Positions 25,149-37,476 of a DNA stretch of 64,000 nucleotides are shown piece by piece (within the stretch, counting starts at the first letter, position 1; each line of letters starts with the position of its first letter). The translations under genes and the position numbers were made by a program. Origin of the DNA: Prorocentrum cordatum. Its lineage: Eukaryota. Location: assembly GCA_963575745.1 (NCBI GenBank), contig CAUYUJ010000192.1:434001-498000 (forward strand), given 5' to 3'. Under the pieces are notes generated by a model, which was not told the DNA's origin, ran no database searches, and was given only the letters and a program-made list of their open reading frames with translations.

Positions 25149-28100
25149 TCAGCCTGGACTCTCTCTGACCGCAGGCGGCGCTCCCGCACGGCCCGCCCTG
25201 CGATGGGCGCCGCCACTCGGCCGACTGGGCTCGCACGGGGTTGCTCGCGCGCGCGCGCTCGCGCGCGCGCGAAGGCGGGCCTGTCCACCCACTCCTGGCA
25301 CGCGCGCGCGGACGCCGCTGCCGGCGGGCCGGGGGGGCTCTCGAGTGGGCCGCGTGGCCCCCATGGGGTGTACAGGTGGCGACAGCCCTCGAGGATCCTG
25401 GATCGGTGGGAGGCGGGGGGCACTCCAAATTCCTGATTAGTCGGCGCCCCCACAAACCCGGACCCCCCCTCCAAATGCGACCTAATATTCCTGACCCCCC
25501 TCTCCTGTGCGGGGCGCCTTAAGAAACCGGACCCCCTAAGCTCCAGTCCAAAGAAAACGCCCCCATAAACGGGACCCCCCCAGTTACAAAAAAGGCGCCT
25601 CAAAAAACCGGACCTGGGGGACGATCAATAAGGGATTTGGAGCAGGGTTCGGATTCCGCCACGCGTTCGACGAGTGCCGAGCCCTACCCCCGCCCCACAT
25701 CGAGTTGCCCGCGTCGTAGACTGGCGAGAGCAGGGTTTGGATTGTGCGGCCGAATGTGCTTACGCTAAGTCCCCTCACTTAGTGCATCGCGGCCCGCGAT
25801 GCGTAATTATCTTCGCGCCCCCGCGGGTGATCCAGGTCCGGAGAACATTGCCCAGGAAGCGTCGAAAACACTCTACGAGGCCTCAAAGAGGCTACAATCT
25901 ATATCCATAACGCTCTCTATGAGGCCATCGCCAAGCCCAAAATATTGATTTCCCGTATGTTGTTCAATGTGCCTCGCTTGCCATGTTCTTCGGTCAAAGA
26001 TCGGTCCAGGTGGAGTCTCCGAAGACTTGGAGACCCAAGAAGGCCCCTAGACGGCCCAGGACGGCCACGACGGACCCTGGAGACGGCCCAGACGGCTAAA
26101 CTTTTTCCAAGACGGCACGAGGAGACCTCGAGACGGCCCAAGAGGGCCCCAAGGGACCCCCACGACTGCCCGACCAGAACCCAAGGCAGCCCCTAAGACG
26201 GCCGACGTAAGCCCCATGAGAGCTCCTCAATTCAGTGGAGACGAGCGGTGTCACATCTGACGGCATTCTGGACGGTGCTCGAAGAGATGCCACACAAAGT
26301 GTTTCGCTGGCAGGGAGACGGACTTGCCGCGGGCACCTAGAGAAGTAGGGAGCCATTCAGCCGAGCCTGGTGGAGTAAAAAGGTCGCGAAGGAGGAGGAG
26401 GAGCAAGGGATTAGGAAGGTGGGCTGCAGGAGCGAAGGAGGTGGGGAGGGAGCGACAGGATGACCCTCCAAACCGCAAGCAGAATGAGGCTGCAACCGTC
26501 GACGTCGGGAATGCAATCCGTCTTGGTAGCGCCAGCGGGACGCCGGCCACGAGCCCACGTCACAGAATCGCTCGCACTTCGCGCATGCGCGAAGCGCGGC
26601 GAGGCCTCGGAGCGCGGCCACCTCCGCGCCGGCGCGGGGCAGCCTGGCGGCGCTTCTGGGCGACGAGCGCGCGTCGGCGTGGGCGCGAAGCTGCGCGAAA
26701 GAATCGAATGGGGAATGTGGGACGATGGAGGGAGAGAGCAACGGGGATCGGCCAGGATGCCTTGCTTGCTACCACCTGTCCGGCCCCGCCGCCCTGGCCA
26801 AGAGCCAAGGGGGAGGGGGGGCTCAAGCGCAAAGCTTGGGCAGAGGATGCCCTGCTATATCTGGCCTTTAAAACAGAGTTGTGTATCCATACCCTGCCCC
26901 CCCTGGCGCCCAGTGAGGGGCAGCAACACTGCTGCAACTCATGGGACCCTCTCATGCCATCTTGTAAAGACTTGCGAACGAAGCGAAGCTACTCGGCCGT
27001 GAATCGACGCTACGTCGACGCTAAAGCGACGCTAAATCGGAGCTACATCCGCGTCACCCCCTTGATTACCAGACGCAAATCCGCGCTAACGCACTCCAGA
27101 GCCGGAGTTGCGAAGGTATATCAGGCTCTCCCTGGCGCCAAAAGAGGGCAGCAGCATGGGCATCGAGGGACTGGCTGGCATCGGGGGGGAACATCGACCT
27201 GGAATCGGCGATACATCGCCGACATATTCGCGATGGGCCCCCGATCGCAAATCAGCGCGTTCCCTGGCGGAGCAAATCTATCAGATCTCTGCTGGGCGAT
27301 GTATGGGGGGGTGAAGGGTTGGCCCCCCCCATCCCCCCCCAAAAAAACTACCGGTACCGCTACACCCCAGACCTCGTCTGGGATGCGTTCTGACCGGAAC
27401 TTCGCGGCGAATCCAGCCGCGGCGCCGAAGGCCCCCAGGAGGCCCCCCCAAAGGGGAAAACGAAACGAGAGCAGCAGTATGGGGTACGTTTCCTTCTCAA
27501 TGTAACCGAATGCCCCTGAGGAGGAGGAGGAGGAGGAGGAGGAGGAGGAGGAGGAGGAGGAGGAAGAGGGGGGGAGGAGGAGGAGGAGGAGGAGGAGTCA
27601 GTAGGAGAGCTTCTCGCCCCAGCAACTCGCACGTGCTCGGGAAGGGATGGGATGTCAGTGTGGTATGGCGCTGCCCTGCTCGCTATATAGCGTGGCATGC
27701 GGGACACGCGGTCAAAGGTGCCCTGGAGATTGGGGGGAAGCAGCCAGGGTGCCGATCTTTGGGTGACCCAAAGCGGGGTCCAGCTGAAAGGGGAGGGGGT
27801 GCAATAGATGTGGGGCAATTGTATTGCACATGTATTGCGCCAGGGACTTGTATTGCATTGCATCGCGAAAGTCCATCAATCTATCTGCGCCCCGGAATGC
27901 GTTGCACGCCCCAAGTGCCTTGCAACCCCACAGATCCATTGCACCGAATCTCCTGCACCACCACCCCCTGTCGCTGGACCCCCCCCCTTGTGTCACCACC
28001 CACCAAACCACCCCAACCCAACCCGAAGCCCTCAATTTGCCTTCCATTTCCAGTGGTGGGGGGTCGGGGAACGTTGAAAAAACACATGGTACCCCCCCCC

Positions 28101-28247
28101 CCAACCCGAAATTCGGGTCAAATTCGGGTCTTCGGGTTGGGTTGGGGTGGTCTGGTAGGTAGTCATTGTGGGCCAACCCGGCGATCGGACGCCGCTCCGC
28201 CGCTGCAGGGAGGGCTTCGGCGCCGCCCCGGGCCCCGGGCGCGTCTC

Positions 28248-28328
28248 CTGCAGCGCCACGGTGCCCGCCCTCGGCAGCAGCCTCTCGGCCACCGCGGCGG
28301 CCTTGAGGAGGAGGTCCCGGAGCTCGGT
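28248..28328 (-). CDS. Candidate exon TELRDLLLKAAAVAERLLPRAGTVALQ (predicted alpha-helical; possibly a helical-repeat/RAP-type protein)
   Basis: gcag| acceptor and CAG|ga donor; 27 codons all ending in G/C; phase 0/0. Confidence 0.6.
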
Positions 28329-28388
28329 CTGCGGGGGGCCGCTCGGAAGGAGGAGGAGGAAGAGGAGGAGGAGAAGGAGGACGAGGAG

Positions 28389-28422
<34 letters not shown>

Positions 28423-29112
28423 AGGAGGAGGAAAAAGAAGAGGAGGAAGAGGCGGAGGAGATGAAGGAGGAGGAAGGGGGGGCGGGGAGGAGGAAGAGAA
28501 GAAAGGGAAGAGGAGGAGCAGGAGGAGGAAGATCAGGCGCTGCAGCGCGCACTCACAGCCAACGTCAAAGTCCACGACAGCGGGCAGGCACGCATGCACG
28601 GAAGCAGAGAGAAGGAAAGAGGGGCAGCGGCGGGACTCCGCGCGAGGAGTCCGTTGTCCCCAAGGGCGCGGGCATCCATCACAATCGGACCATCGCGATT
28701 CGAGCGAATCGCCCTCGAGCACGAGACCGAGCCACCGTCGCTCCCCACCGAGCGACGGGCCCAGCCCAACTACAGCAGCAAGGCAGGATCACGAGCAGGT
28801 GAAAACGGCGAGTGTGCTAGGAATGTGCAGTTTTCTCAGAAGAATGCGGCGATGTGTGCCGCTTCGGGCCCTCTTGAGGGTCCTCTTGGAGCCGTCTTTG
28901 GGCGTCTTGGGAGCTTGGGGGGCCGTCCGGAAGCCACGTTGGCCCGTCTGGGACCTATGTGGGACATACTCGGAAGTTCCGAAGGAGGAACGGGGAGGAT
29001 CCAGGGATTGCAATCCTGGGAGGACTAGGGACGCCCAGGGCGGTGGTGGGAGCACTTATGTGGTGCCCCTGGCGGTCTTCGGCCCGGAGGCATCCCACGG
29101 CTAGGCTTCTGG

Positions 29113-29147
<35 letters not shown>

Positions 29148-29375
29148 GCAAACATTGTTTTGCTTAGCTGCACTATCCCCCATCATCGTCTGGAGATCTC
29201 GTTGTTGGGCCCGCTTGCTCCACCGAGTACCGGCGCTATCACATTCTGAACGAATGGACACAGAAGCAAGTTCGGGCACGCAGAGACAAATCCGCATACA
29301 CATATAGACATACGGAATGACTCAAGATACGTGAATATCTGTCTCTCTCTAGATCTATATATATATATACACATA

Positions 29376-29554
29376 CTCCAGGTTTCGTAGTAAAAGGGAG
29401 GGGGTCTGGACCCTCCAAGACAAGCCATTTCAGACCTCCCCCGTGGGAGAACCCTCCAAAACATCGTCCCCAGACCCCCCAGGCCCTCCAAGATAGCCTG
29501 GAAGAGAGCCCCCCCCGAAATGAGACCCCCCTCCCTTTGTTACGAAATCTGGTG
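29376..29554. mobile_element. MITE with CTCCAG.TTTCGTA.TAAAAGGGAGGGG TIRs and TA target, copy 1
   Basis: ~28-bp inverted termini flanked by TA; homologous to 33756-33937. Confidence 0.85.
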
Positions 29555-29619
29555 TATATGTATGCACGTACACATGTCCGCCACCGTGCCTCGAGGCACG
29601 AGGTGGGGCTACCCCCCGG

Positions 29620-30380
29620 GCTCCCATGCGCTCGTTCTCAGGACGGGGGGATCCTAGTATTCCAGGGGCTCGGGGGGCCCAGACTCCAATCTCCTGGGCG
29701 CTCCCGCGCGCTCCTCGGCTGCCTCGCGTCGTGTTTCGGGAGACCAGGGGGTCCCAAGACGAGCTCGAGGGCCCCAGAAGGCGCCCAAAAAGGGTCCAAA
29801 AGGCCTCCAAGACTGCCCAAGAGCGCTCCAAGACGCCAAAGATGGCCCCGAAGCGGCCCAAGAGGCCCCGAGGAAGCTTCAAAAGCGCCCCAAGAGGACC
29901 CCCGAAAGATCCCCACAGAAGCAACAATAATGCATGTTCCGTATGTGTTTCTGTGCTTCGCGTTCTCGCGTGGTCAGGCTTCCGACGCTCCAAGATGGCC
30001 CCAGAGGCCCCCAAGACCGCCCAAGAAGGCCCAAGAGGCCCCCAAGAGGGCCCCGAAACGGCCCAAGGAGGCCCCCATACGGCCCAAGAGGCGCCCAAGA
30101 TCGCCCAAGAGGGCTTCAAGACGGCCCCAAGAGAGGCCCAAGAGGGGGAAGACGAACCGCCAATTCGAGCCTTCCGCCCCAAGAGGCCCCAAGGATTCCC
30201 CAAGAGGCCCCCAAGAGAGCCCAAGAGAGGCCCCACGAGGCACCAAGGGCCCAACAGGAAGCCCCAAGAGGCCCCCAAACGATCCCTCAGAGGCGTCAAA
30301 ACTGCCTCCAAGACGCCTCACGCTATCCAAACAAACATCCAAAAGGTCTCTAACCCACAACGCAGGGAGGGGCCGTAGGC
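29620..30380 (+). repeat. Degenerate GGCCCAAGA-rich dispersed repeat (related ~26000-26230), flanked by (TA)n/(CT)n microsatellites
   Basis: Many ggcc(c)caaga(g) units; TA tracts at ~29115-29148 and ~30475-30555. Confidence 0.75.
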
Positions 30381-31842
30381 CACTATTTTTGGTAATATCT
30401 CTCTCACACTACACATGTTTACACACAACTCTCTCTATCTCTCTTTGTTATCGCGCCCTCTCTCTCTCTCTCCCTATACATATACATGTGTATATATATA
30501 TATATATGTATGCACATACATTTATATATATACATATATATACATATGTGTATATGATAGAAGATAGAACGGTGTGCCCACTATTGATTAAAACTGGTTG
30601 TTGACAGAATACAGTCGCAGTTTGTGAATGCATTCAGTCAGCACGTTGCTGAAAATCATGTGCACACTCTGGGGAATTCGTGCCGCGCCAGTTTTCCGAG
30701 CCGCTCAGATACCCACTTCCTCTCGAATGCGCTTAAAAAACAGCTCCTCTCGCCATCGTTCGGACGTCCATATCATATGCATTTGTTGGCATCGTGCGTG
30801 CTCTTTTTCGCAAGGTGATCCAAAATGCTCCTCGATGGTGCTCGCCGAAAAACTGTGGCCTGGAGAGCGATGCCAAAAGAACAGCTCCTGGACACCACCT
30901 CTCGGAAGCCGCTCACAAGCCGCTCTGCACAGGGCAGCGGCATCGGCACCTGTCTCGGACGGGGCTAGGACGAAGATAAATCCGATAGAGCTCTCCGGAA
31001 CGCTCTCAGACCACTCTGGAGAGCTCCGAGAAGGCCGCGGCACCCGAGAAATCCTCCAGAGCCGCCAGATCTGAGTGATTCTCTATGTATTGGGCGTCGC
31101 GTACAACGGAGGGGCACCAAATGGAGCGGGGGCAGCGAAGGCTGCAGAAAAGGGTGTTTTCTAGAGACCCTAGAGGGGCACTTTCGGGGCCCCCACAAAG
31201 GGGGCCTTCAGGGCCCGAAGAAGCGCACGCCCCAATACAAGCGACGCAGAACTTGATCCCCGCCCGAATTTGTCCTCGTCCTGGCTGCATCGGACTCTCC
31301 CTCCCCTCGAAGGGGCCCAGGGACACAGACTAATAGACACACGCAAATCCCAGAACTCCCCACATCTTTACTTGTTTTCGGCGTTTCCGCCGTCCCCCCC
31401 CACTTCCCATACTCCCCCGACGGAGGATACCCCCCCGACGGGTGTCAACCTCGCCTCGTCGTCGCGCCGCGACGGGGGTCGGAGCGCCTTCGGCGCGCGG
31501 CGGCTGCCCGCGACGGGATCGATGTGGGGCTGTCGGCGGGGGTGACGCCCCCCCGACGCTTCTTAAGAAACTCGGAGTATCCACTGCCCACCTGGCCAGG
31601 CCCTTCCTGGGACCAGGAGCTGCATATACGCCCTCCTCGCCACGGCGGGGAAGCGTGGCTTCACGCTGGGCCTGGCCAGGGAGCAGCGGACACGTAGAGA
31701 CCTCGTCGCCCCAGACCAGATCGGGCGGAAGCTAAGGCCTGCCAGCCCGAGGAGAAAGTTTGAAGACCGTGTGCCTCTGTGTTTCTGTTCCCCTCCCGCT
31801 CCCCTGGCTGCCCCGGCCGCGGCGGGCGAGAGGGCGGCCGGC

Positions 31843-32922
31843 CTCCAGCGCCGTCAGCCGCGAGGGCGGCAGCCGGGCGAAGAACGCCTCCGCCATGTGG
31901 CCGCCGCCCTCTCGGTGGACCCCGGGAAGAAGTCCAGCTGGAAGGGGGTGCTGCACAGGAAGTGCGCCAGAGAACTATACAGTCGGGGCGCTGACCTAAG
32001 GAACCCTAAATAAGGAACGAGGCCCTTTTTTCTCAGAAGTTAAACATCGATGTCCCATGGCAAACCTCAGGCAGACCTCAGGCAAACTGTTTAAACAATC
32101 AAGGAACACCGAGCCCCTCCCCAACGAAAAGGGTTCCTTTTTCAGCGCCCCGACTGTATGTTGCATGGTAGTGACTGGTAGTGCAACTGAGCTACCCTGC
32201 ACGCGGAGGCCCAGCAACACAGCTGCGTACTGGGACGTACTGCAGGCCCCAAATCTATTGCAGCAAATCTATTGCATCAGCCCCTTGTCATTAACGGTTT
32301 CCCCCGGGGCCGTAAGCGACCCGAGGAGGAGGAGGTCAGGGAGGAGGAGGAGTGGCAGGAGGAGGTGGAGGAGGGGGACGGGGAGGAGGAGATCGAGGAG
32401 GAGGAGGAGGAGGAGGAGGAGGAGGAGGAGGAGGAGGACGGGTCGCCTGAGCTCTCCGGAGAGACCCTCCACACCACCCCCTCGTCGCTGGACCCCCTTC
32501 TGGGTCAAGCCGAGCCCTGTGCCCCCCCCGGGCGGGGGGGGGGGGCGCGCCGCGGGGGGGGGGGGGGCCTCCGCTTGAGGGCGCGACGGGCCCCCCCCGC
32601 GGCGGCGCAGGGGGGCCCTGCCGCGGGGGGGGGGGGGCCTGCGCTCCAGGCGACGGACGGCAGCCCGCCTCGCGGGGCGGCGGCGCAGCGGAGCCGCTGG
32701 CGCGGCGGGGCAGCGCGGTGCACGGCGGTGCACGCCGAAGGATCGGCGGCCGGCGAGGCGAGGGGAGCTTCGAGCTTTCGGGCTTATGAGGTTCTAGGCT
32801 TTCGGGCGGTGGCAGAAGTTCATGGCGGTTTGCCGCCCTCGGGATGCGTTCCAGCTGCTGCGCCTCGCCGAGAGCGTTCCGCGGATGCCGGGATCGTCCG
32901 GAACGGCCGCCGGAGACCCGAG
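31843..32922 (-). CDS. Chain of candidate micro-exons 32922-32864, 32668-32639, 32499-32447 and 31937-31843 of an unknown protein
   Basis: All have AG acceptors and G|GC donors. They splice in phase (2,2,1,0) to LGSPAAVPDDPGIRGTLSAR-RAAVRRLERR-RGSSDEGVVWRVSPESS-AGLLPGVHREGGGHMAEAFFARLPPSRLTALE, compatible with the 28328 exon; the exact exon set is unproven. Confidence 0.45.
31980..32156. mobile_element. MITE with perfect 15-bp TIRs CAGTCGGGGCGCTGA and TA target duplication, copy 2
   Basis: TA|CAGTCGGGGCGCTGA ... TCAGCGCCCCGACTG|TA. Confidence 0.9.
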
Positions 32923-33235
32923 CTGTGGCAGGAAAACTGAACTTGGCGGCGAGCGAGGAGGGGAAGTGAGAGGGAGAGGCCTTCTCAGAAGGCGGCGGGA
33001 CTTCTCGGCAACCCTCGCGCCTTCTGGCAAGTGCTCTGTGTCTTCGGGGAAGGCTCGGAAAGCTTTTCGGAAGGCCGTGGGGCTTCCGAGCCTTCCGAGA
33101 AGGCCTTCTCCTTCTCGCTTCCCCCCCTCGCTCGCCGCCGACAGGAGGGAGACCGAGGAGGGGGGGGGGGGGGGCAGAGGCCCAGCAAGGGCCCCAGGAC
33201 GGCCCAAGAGAGCGCCAAGAGGTCCCCCAAGAGTG

Positions 33236-33390
33236 AAGGGGCCCTGGAACACACAAATAAATACACACAAATAACATGATTCCCATATTTTCCTATACTT
33301 TCTGGGTTTTCGTCTTCCCCCCCACTTCCCAAATTTTCCCATATTTTCCGGGAAGTCGACGATTAATCGTGTCTGTGTGTTTCTTTCCCT
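33236..33390 (+). repeat. Dispersed ~150-bp repeat 'gaagggccc..ggacacacaaataaatacacacaaa' (copies ~4158-4320, 23918-24062, 31309-31400, 38154-38312)
   Basis: Five recognisable copies, all in the same orientation. Confidence 0.8.
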
Positions 33391-33755
33391 CCCGAAAGAG
33401 GGGGGCGCGCGGAAGCGGAGGAGGCGCCCGCCGGACGCGGGGGGCGAGCCCGCGCCGCGCCCGACGGCCAGAGCCGTCGAGAGGACGGCCGGCGGACGCA
33501 CCCGAAGCCGCGCCCTCGTGGTCGGGACTCCGGGGGTCGCGATCCCGCGGGTACGACAGCTGGGAACGACAACCAGCCGAGGAGGAGGACAGCGCGGCCG
33601 CCCTGCAGGGCCCAGCGACGCGCGCGCCGGCCCCGCCCGCGCCACGGGGCGAGAGGCGGGCGGGCTGCGGGGACAAGCAGCCTCTACGGCCGGACCAGTG
33701 GAGCTGGCACCACCGGATGGGGCGTGGGGCTTGTGGGAGGGGGCCGGAAAGGGTA

Positions 33756-33937
33756 CTCCAGAATTCGTAATAAAAGGGAGGGGGTCTGGACCCTCGAAGG
33801 CAAGCCATTTCAGACCCCTCCCCCGTGGGAGGTCCCTCCAAAACATCGTCCCCAGACCCCCCCGGGCCCTCCAAGAGAGCCTGGGAGAGACCCCCCCCCG
33901 AAATGAGACCCCCTCCCTTGTATTACGAAATCTGGAG
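33756..33937. mobile_element. MITE with CTCCAG..TTCGTAATA TIRs and TA target, copy 2
   Basis: TA|CTCCAGAATTCGTAATAAAAGGGAGGGG ... CCCCTCCCTTGTATTACGAAATCTGGAG|TA. Confidence 0.88.
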
Positions 33938-34109
33938 TACGCGGTCGCGCGGAGACAACTCCTTGGCGGGGCGGCCGCGGAAGAGCGCAGCGTATCCCCA
34001 GGCCCCCGAAATCCAGACCGCTTCCCTGGGGCCGGCTTCTCCTCCAGAGCCGTGGTTCCCCAGATCCTGAGGATGGGGATCTTGAGATTACTCTGAACGC
34101 GCCGACTCC

Positions 34110-34359
34110 TCCTCACCTCACATTCCTCCTCCTCCTCCTCCTCCTCCTCCTCCTCCTCGACCTCCTCCCCGTCCTCCTTTCGCATGATGATGATGATGAT
34201 GAGGAGAATAATACTAGCAATGAGCGATGATGGCAACAACGACGCCAACGACGACGACGCTGATGCTGATGCTGATGATGCTGGTGATGATGCTGCTGAT
34301 GATGATACTGATGCTACTGATGATGATGCTCATGATGATGACGATGCTGCAGATGATAC

Positions 34360-34391
<32 letters not shown>

Positions 34392-34825
34392 GTGATGCTG
34401 ATGATGCTGATGATGATGCTTATGATTATGAGTATGACTATGAAGCTGAGGATGAGGATGCTGATAGTGCTGATGATGACGATGACGACGAATCTGATGG
34501 TGGTGATAGTTATGGTAATGACAACGATGATGACGATGATGGTGATAAGCAGGATGATGTGGTTGATGATGAAGACGACAATCATGGCGATGCTGATCAT
34601 GATGATGACGGCGACAACGACGACGATGATGAGAGGGACAAGTATGGTCACGAGGATGAACATGAAGATGATGCTGATGAGGATGATGATGACGCTGAGG
34701 GTGATGATGATGATGATGCTGATGATGATGATGGTGATGATGATGAGGATGATGATACTGATGATGATGCTTCATACGATAACGACTACGATTATGAAAA
34801 CGAATATGGCGACAATGATAAGGAT
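34110..34825 (+). repeat. (TCC)n then degenerate (GAT)n tract
   Basis: Direct reading; source of the poly-D/M/H ORFs. Confidence 0.93.
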
Positions 34826-35324
34826 GGGTTTCTTTTTGGCGAGGCGCTGGTTTTAGCACCCCAGGGTGGGGGCCAGACTGCGAGGACGTCTCGAGCGGTC
34901 TGCTTGTTTTGGCGGCCACGCTCGTCTGCGTTCAAAGCGATGTCGGAGGATGTCTCGGGCGAGAAGCTGGTTTCGGCACGCCTCAGCACAACCAAGGGGG
35001 GGGCCCCCAGAAGGGGGTATGGCCCGGGCCCGTTCGCGCCCAGATGGCGGCGGCGAGCCCGGGCGCGCCGGCCGACGTGAGGGCTGCCGAGAAGTCCCGC
35101 CGCCTTCTGAGAAGGCCTTCTCTGATCAGCGCACAACACACACTGAAACCTGTGGGGAGAAGGAATGGGCAAGGGCAGTGCGATGCACGCGCTGCAGGTA
35201 ATTATGGGTGCGAGTTGTCGGGCCCCGAAGGGGTTCCCGTTGGAGCGGGGGCCTCCATCCGACAACACGCACCCATCGCCCCCCTCCCCCAGGAATTGCG
35301 CCCTGGGGATTCCCAGGGGCGTGC

Positions 35325-35730
35325 AGGCAATTATGGGTTTAAGTTGTCAGCTCGGGGTTCTCCTTTTCGTTCCCCCCCTCGCTCGCCGCCGATCCTCCTC
35401 TCTTTGGGCGCCCGACTTATCCGGGGTAACTCGGGTCCGGGGTAACTCGGGTTTGGATTCCCGAGAAAGGAACCCGAGTTAGCCCTGACCCGAGTTACCC
35501 CTGATGTGGGGCTCTGGACGCCCGAGTTATCCGGGGCAACTCGGGTCCGGGACAACTCGGGCTTGGATTCCCGGAAAACGAACCCGAGCTAGCCCTGACC
35601 CGAGTTACCCCTGATGATTCGGGGCTCTGATCTCTCGCGTGTAGGCAATTATGGGTGTCAGTTGTCAGCTCGGGGTTCTCCTTTTCGTTCCCCCCCTCGC
35701 TCGCCGCCGATCCTCCTCTCTCTGGGGCGT
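35325..35730 (+). repeat. Nested duplications: ~85-bp unit at 35325-35410 and 35645-35729 bracketing two ~105-bp palindromic CCCGAGTT/AACTCGGG units
   Basis: Direct alignment by eye. Confidence 0.85.
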
Positions 35731-36450
35731 CTTGGGGCGTTTCTCTCTCGCGCCCTCCTTGAAGGGGCCCTCCTCCCCCCTCGGGCGCCTCTCGGGGGGG
35801 GGGGGAGAGGGGGGGCCCCCGGGCGCTCCCTCGGCGCGCTCCCCCTCCGCGCGCTCTTGGGGCACGCCGGGCACGCTGGGAGGTCCGTCGTGGGGGGGGG
35901 CACCTCTGGGCCGCCTCTCGGGCCCCCCCCCGCTCGCCGCCCGAGCAGCCTCCTCCTCCTCCTCCTCCTCCTCCTCCTCCTCCTCCTCCTCCTCCTCCTC
36001 CGTCTCCTCCTCCTCCTCCGTCTCCTCCGTCTCCTCCTCCTCCTCCGTCTCCTCCGTCTCCTCCTCCTCATCCTCCTCCTCCTCCTCCTCCTCCTCCTCC
36101 TCCTCCCTCGCACCGCGGGCCCGGCACGGCCGCGCTGCCGGGGGCCCCGCGGCGCCTGCCGAGGGGCCTCCGCGGCCCGCCGCGGCGGTCAGGCTCCGTC
36201 GAAGGCCTCCTCCTCCTCCTCCTCCTCCTCCTCCTCCTCCTCCTCTCCTCCTCCTCCGTCTCCTCCTCCTCCGTCTCCTCCCTCCTCCTCCTCCTCCTCC
36301 TCCCTCCTCCTCCTCCTCCCTCCTCTGCCTCCTCTCTCCTCCTCCCTCCTCCCTCCTCCTCCTCCTCCTCCTCCTCCTCCTCCTCCTCCTCCTCTTCCTC
36401 CTCCCAGGGAGGTGTTGCCCCCATCGCACTTAAGACACACACGTGCCTTA

Positions 36451-36607
36451 CCAGCCTCGAACGTATCCCTATCCCTAAGAGTGACACGCCAAAAGGCGAT
36501 GACCATCGTATGGCTTCGCCCTCAGAAAAAAAGAAGGGAAGCCCTAAGATTGGCATCGTGATGAGGAGGTGCCCAGCATAGGGACACGGATATATGTTCC
36601 AGGCTGG
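36451..36607. mobile_element. MITE with (TTA)CCAGCCT.GAAC TIRs; an inverted copy lies at 37782-37931
   Basis: tta|ccagcctcgaac ... gttccaggctgg|taa; internal sequence is the reverse complement of the 37.8-kb copy. Confidence 0.85.
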
Positions 36608-37283
36608 TAAATTCCAGAACATTGGTTCGAGCACCGCGCACCGCATCGAAGCAGTGTGGGACGAGTACCGCCCCCCAGGGCTCCGCGCGTGCAAATCCCG
36701 TCAGATTCGGTGCTGTCGTGGCGCTCGAAACTCTCCCGGGTGATCAAGAGTGAAGCAGGTTGGAACATCATAACCCCAGGTGGGGTCGGAGTAGATGGGG
36801 TCGGAGGATCGCGCCGCATCGCCAACACTTCTGCGATACATCGCCGATGCATCGGCGATGCATCGGCGACGTGGGCGAGGTCGGCGACGTCGACGTGAAG
36901 CAAATCGGGTTTGCACATCGAGCCGCCTCGGCGACGCATCGGCGATGCGGCGCGATCCTCCGACCCCCGCTGCTCCGGCCCCCGCCCCAGGGAGGCCCAG
37001 ACAGTCGTGCCGTGCCACGTGGCACCGCTGCGCTGGCTGGCTCGGAATCGGCAAGCACTGCCTGCCGATTCCGGGCCAACAGCGAGAGCTGCCGAGCTCG
37101 CGCGCGCTACAGACATCGACGGCGCGTGCGGGCACGCTGGCATGCGTCGGTTCACCTCGCTTCTGCCAGGGCCCGACAAGGAACTCGGCGCGCGCCCGTC
37201 CAGGGCCCGCCGCAGGCCGCGGCCCTCAACGCCCTCCCAGGGCGCGGTGAGCTCGGCCCCGACTGGGTGGTAAACATTGAATA

Positions 37284-37476
37284 AGGGAACAAAAAGTGTC
37301 ATAAACATAAAAACTCGGAGGTCCGCGTGGATTTCTCGGATCGGCGCTGGACCCCCCTCCCCGGCGCGCGGAGCGCGCCAGGGACGGCGCCAGAGGCGCC
37401 GCCGGGGGGCCCCAGCGCCGATCCGAGAAATCCGCGCGGACCTCCGAGTTGTTATGTTCATGCCACTTTTTTCCCC
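37284..37476. mobile_element. Near-perfect palindromic (hairpin) MITE; second copy ~62843-63012
   Basis: aactcggaggtccgcgtggatttctcggatcggcgctgg / ccagcgccgatccgagaaatccgcgcggacctccgagtt inverted arms. Confidence 0.85.

Noticed and set aside
29430..30604. Overlapping 250-355-aa ORFs on both strands
   Set aside because: Built from a degenerate GGCCCAAGA repeat lacking stop codons; no domain signal
34184..35080. Asp-rich 298-aa ORF, and Ile/Met-rich ORFs at 6496-8076
   Set aside because: Degenerate (GAT)n/(CAT)n microsatellite translations
32770..35200. Relict dinoflagellate spliced-leader (CCATTTTGGCTCAAG) upstream of the candidate gene
   Set aside because: Not seen on reading this region, so no support for a retrocopy origin
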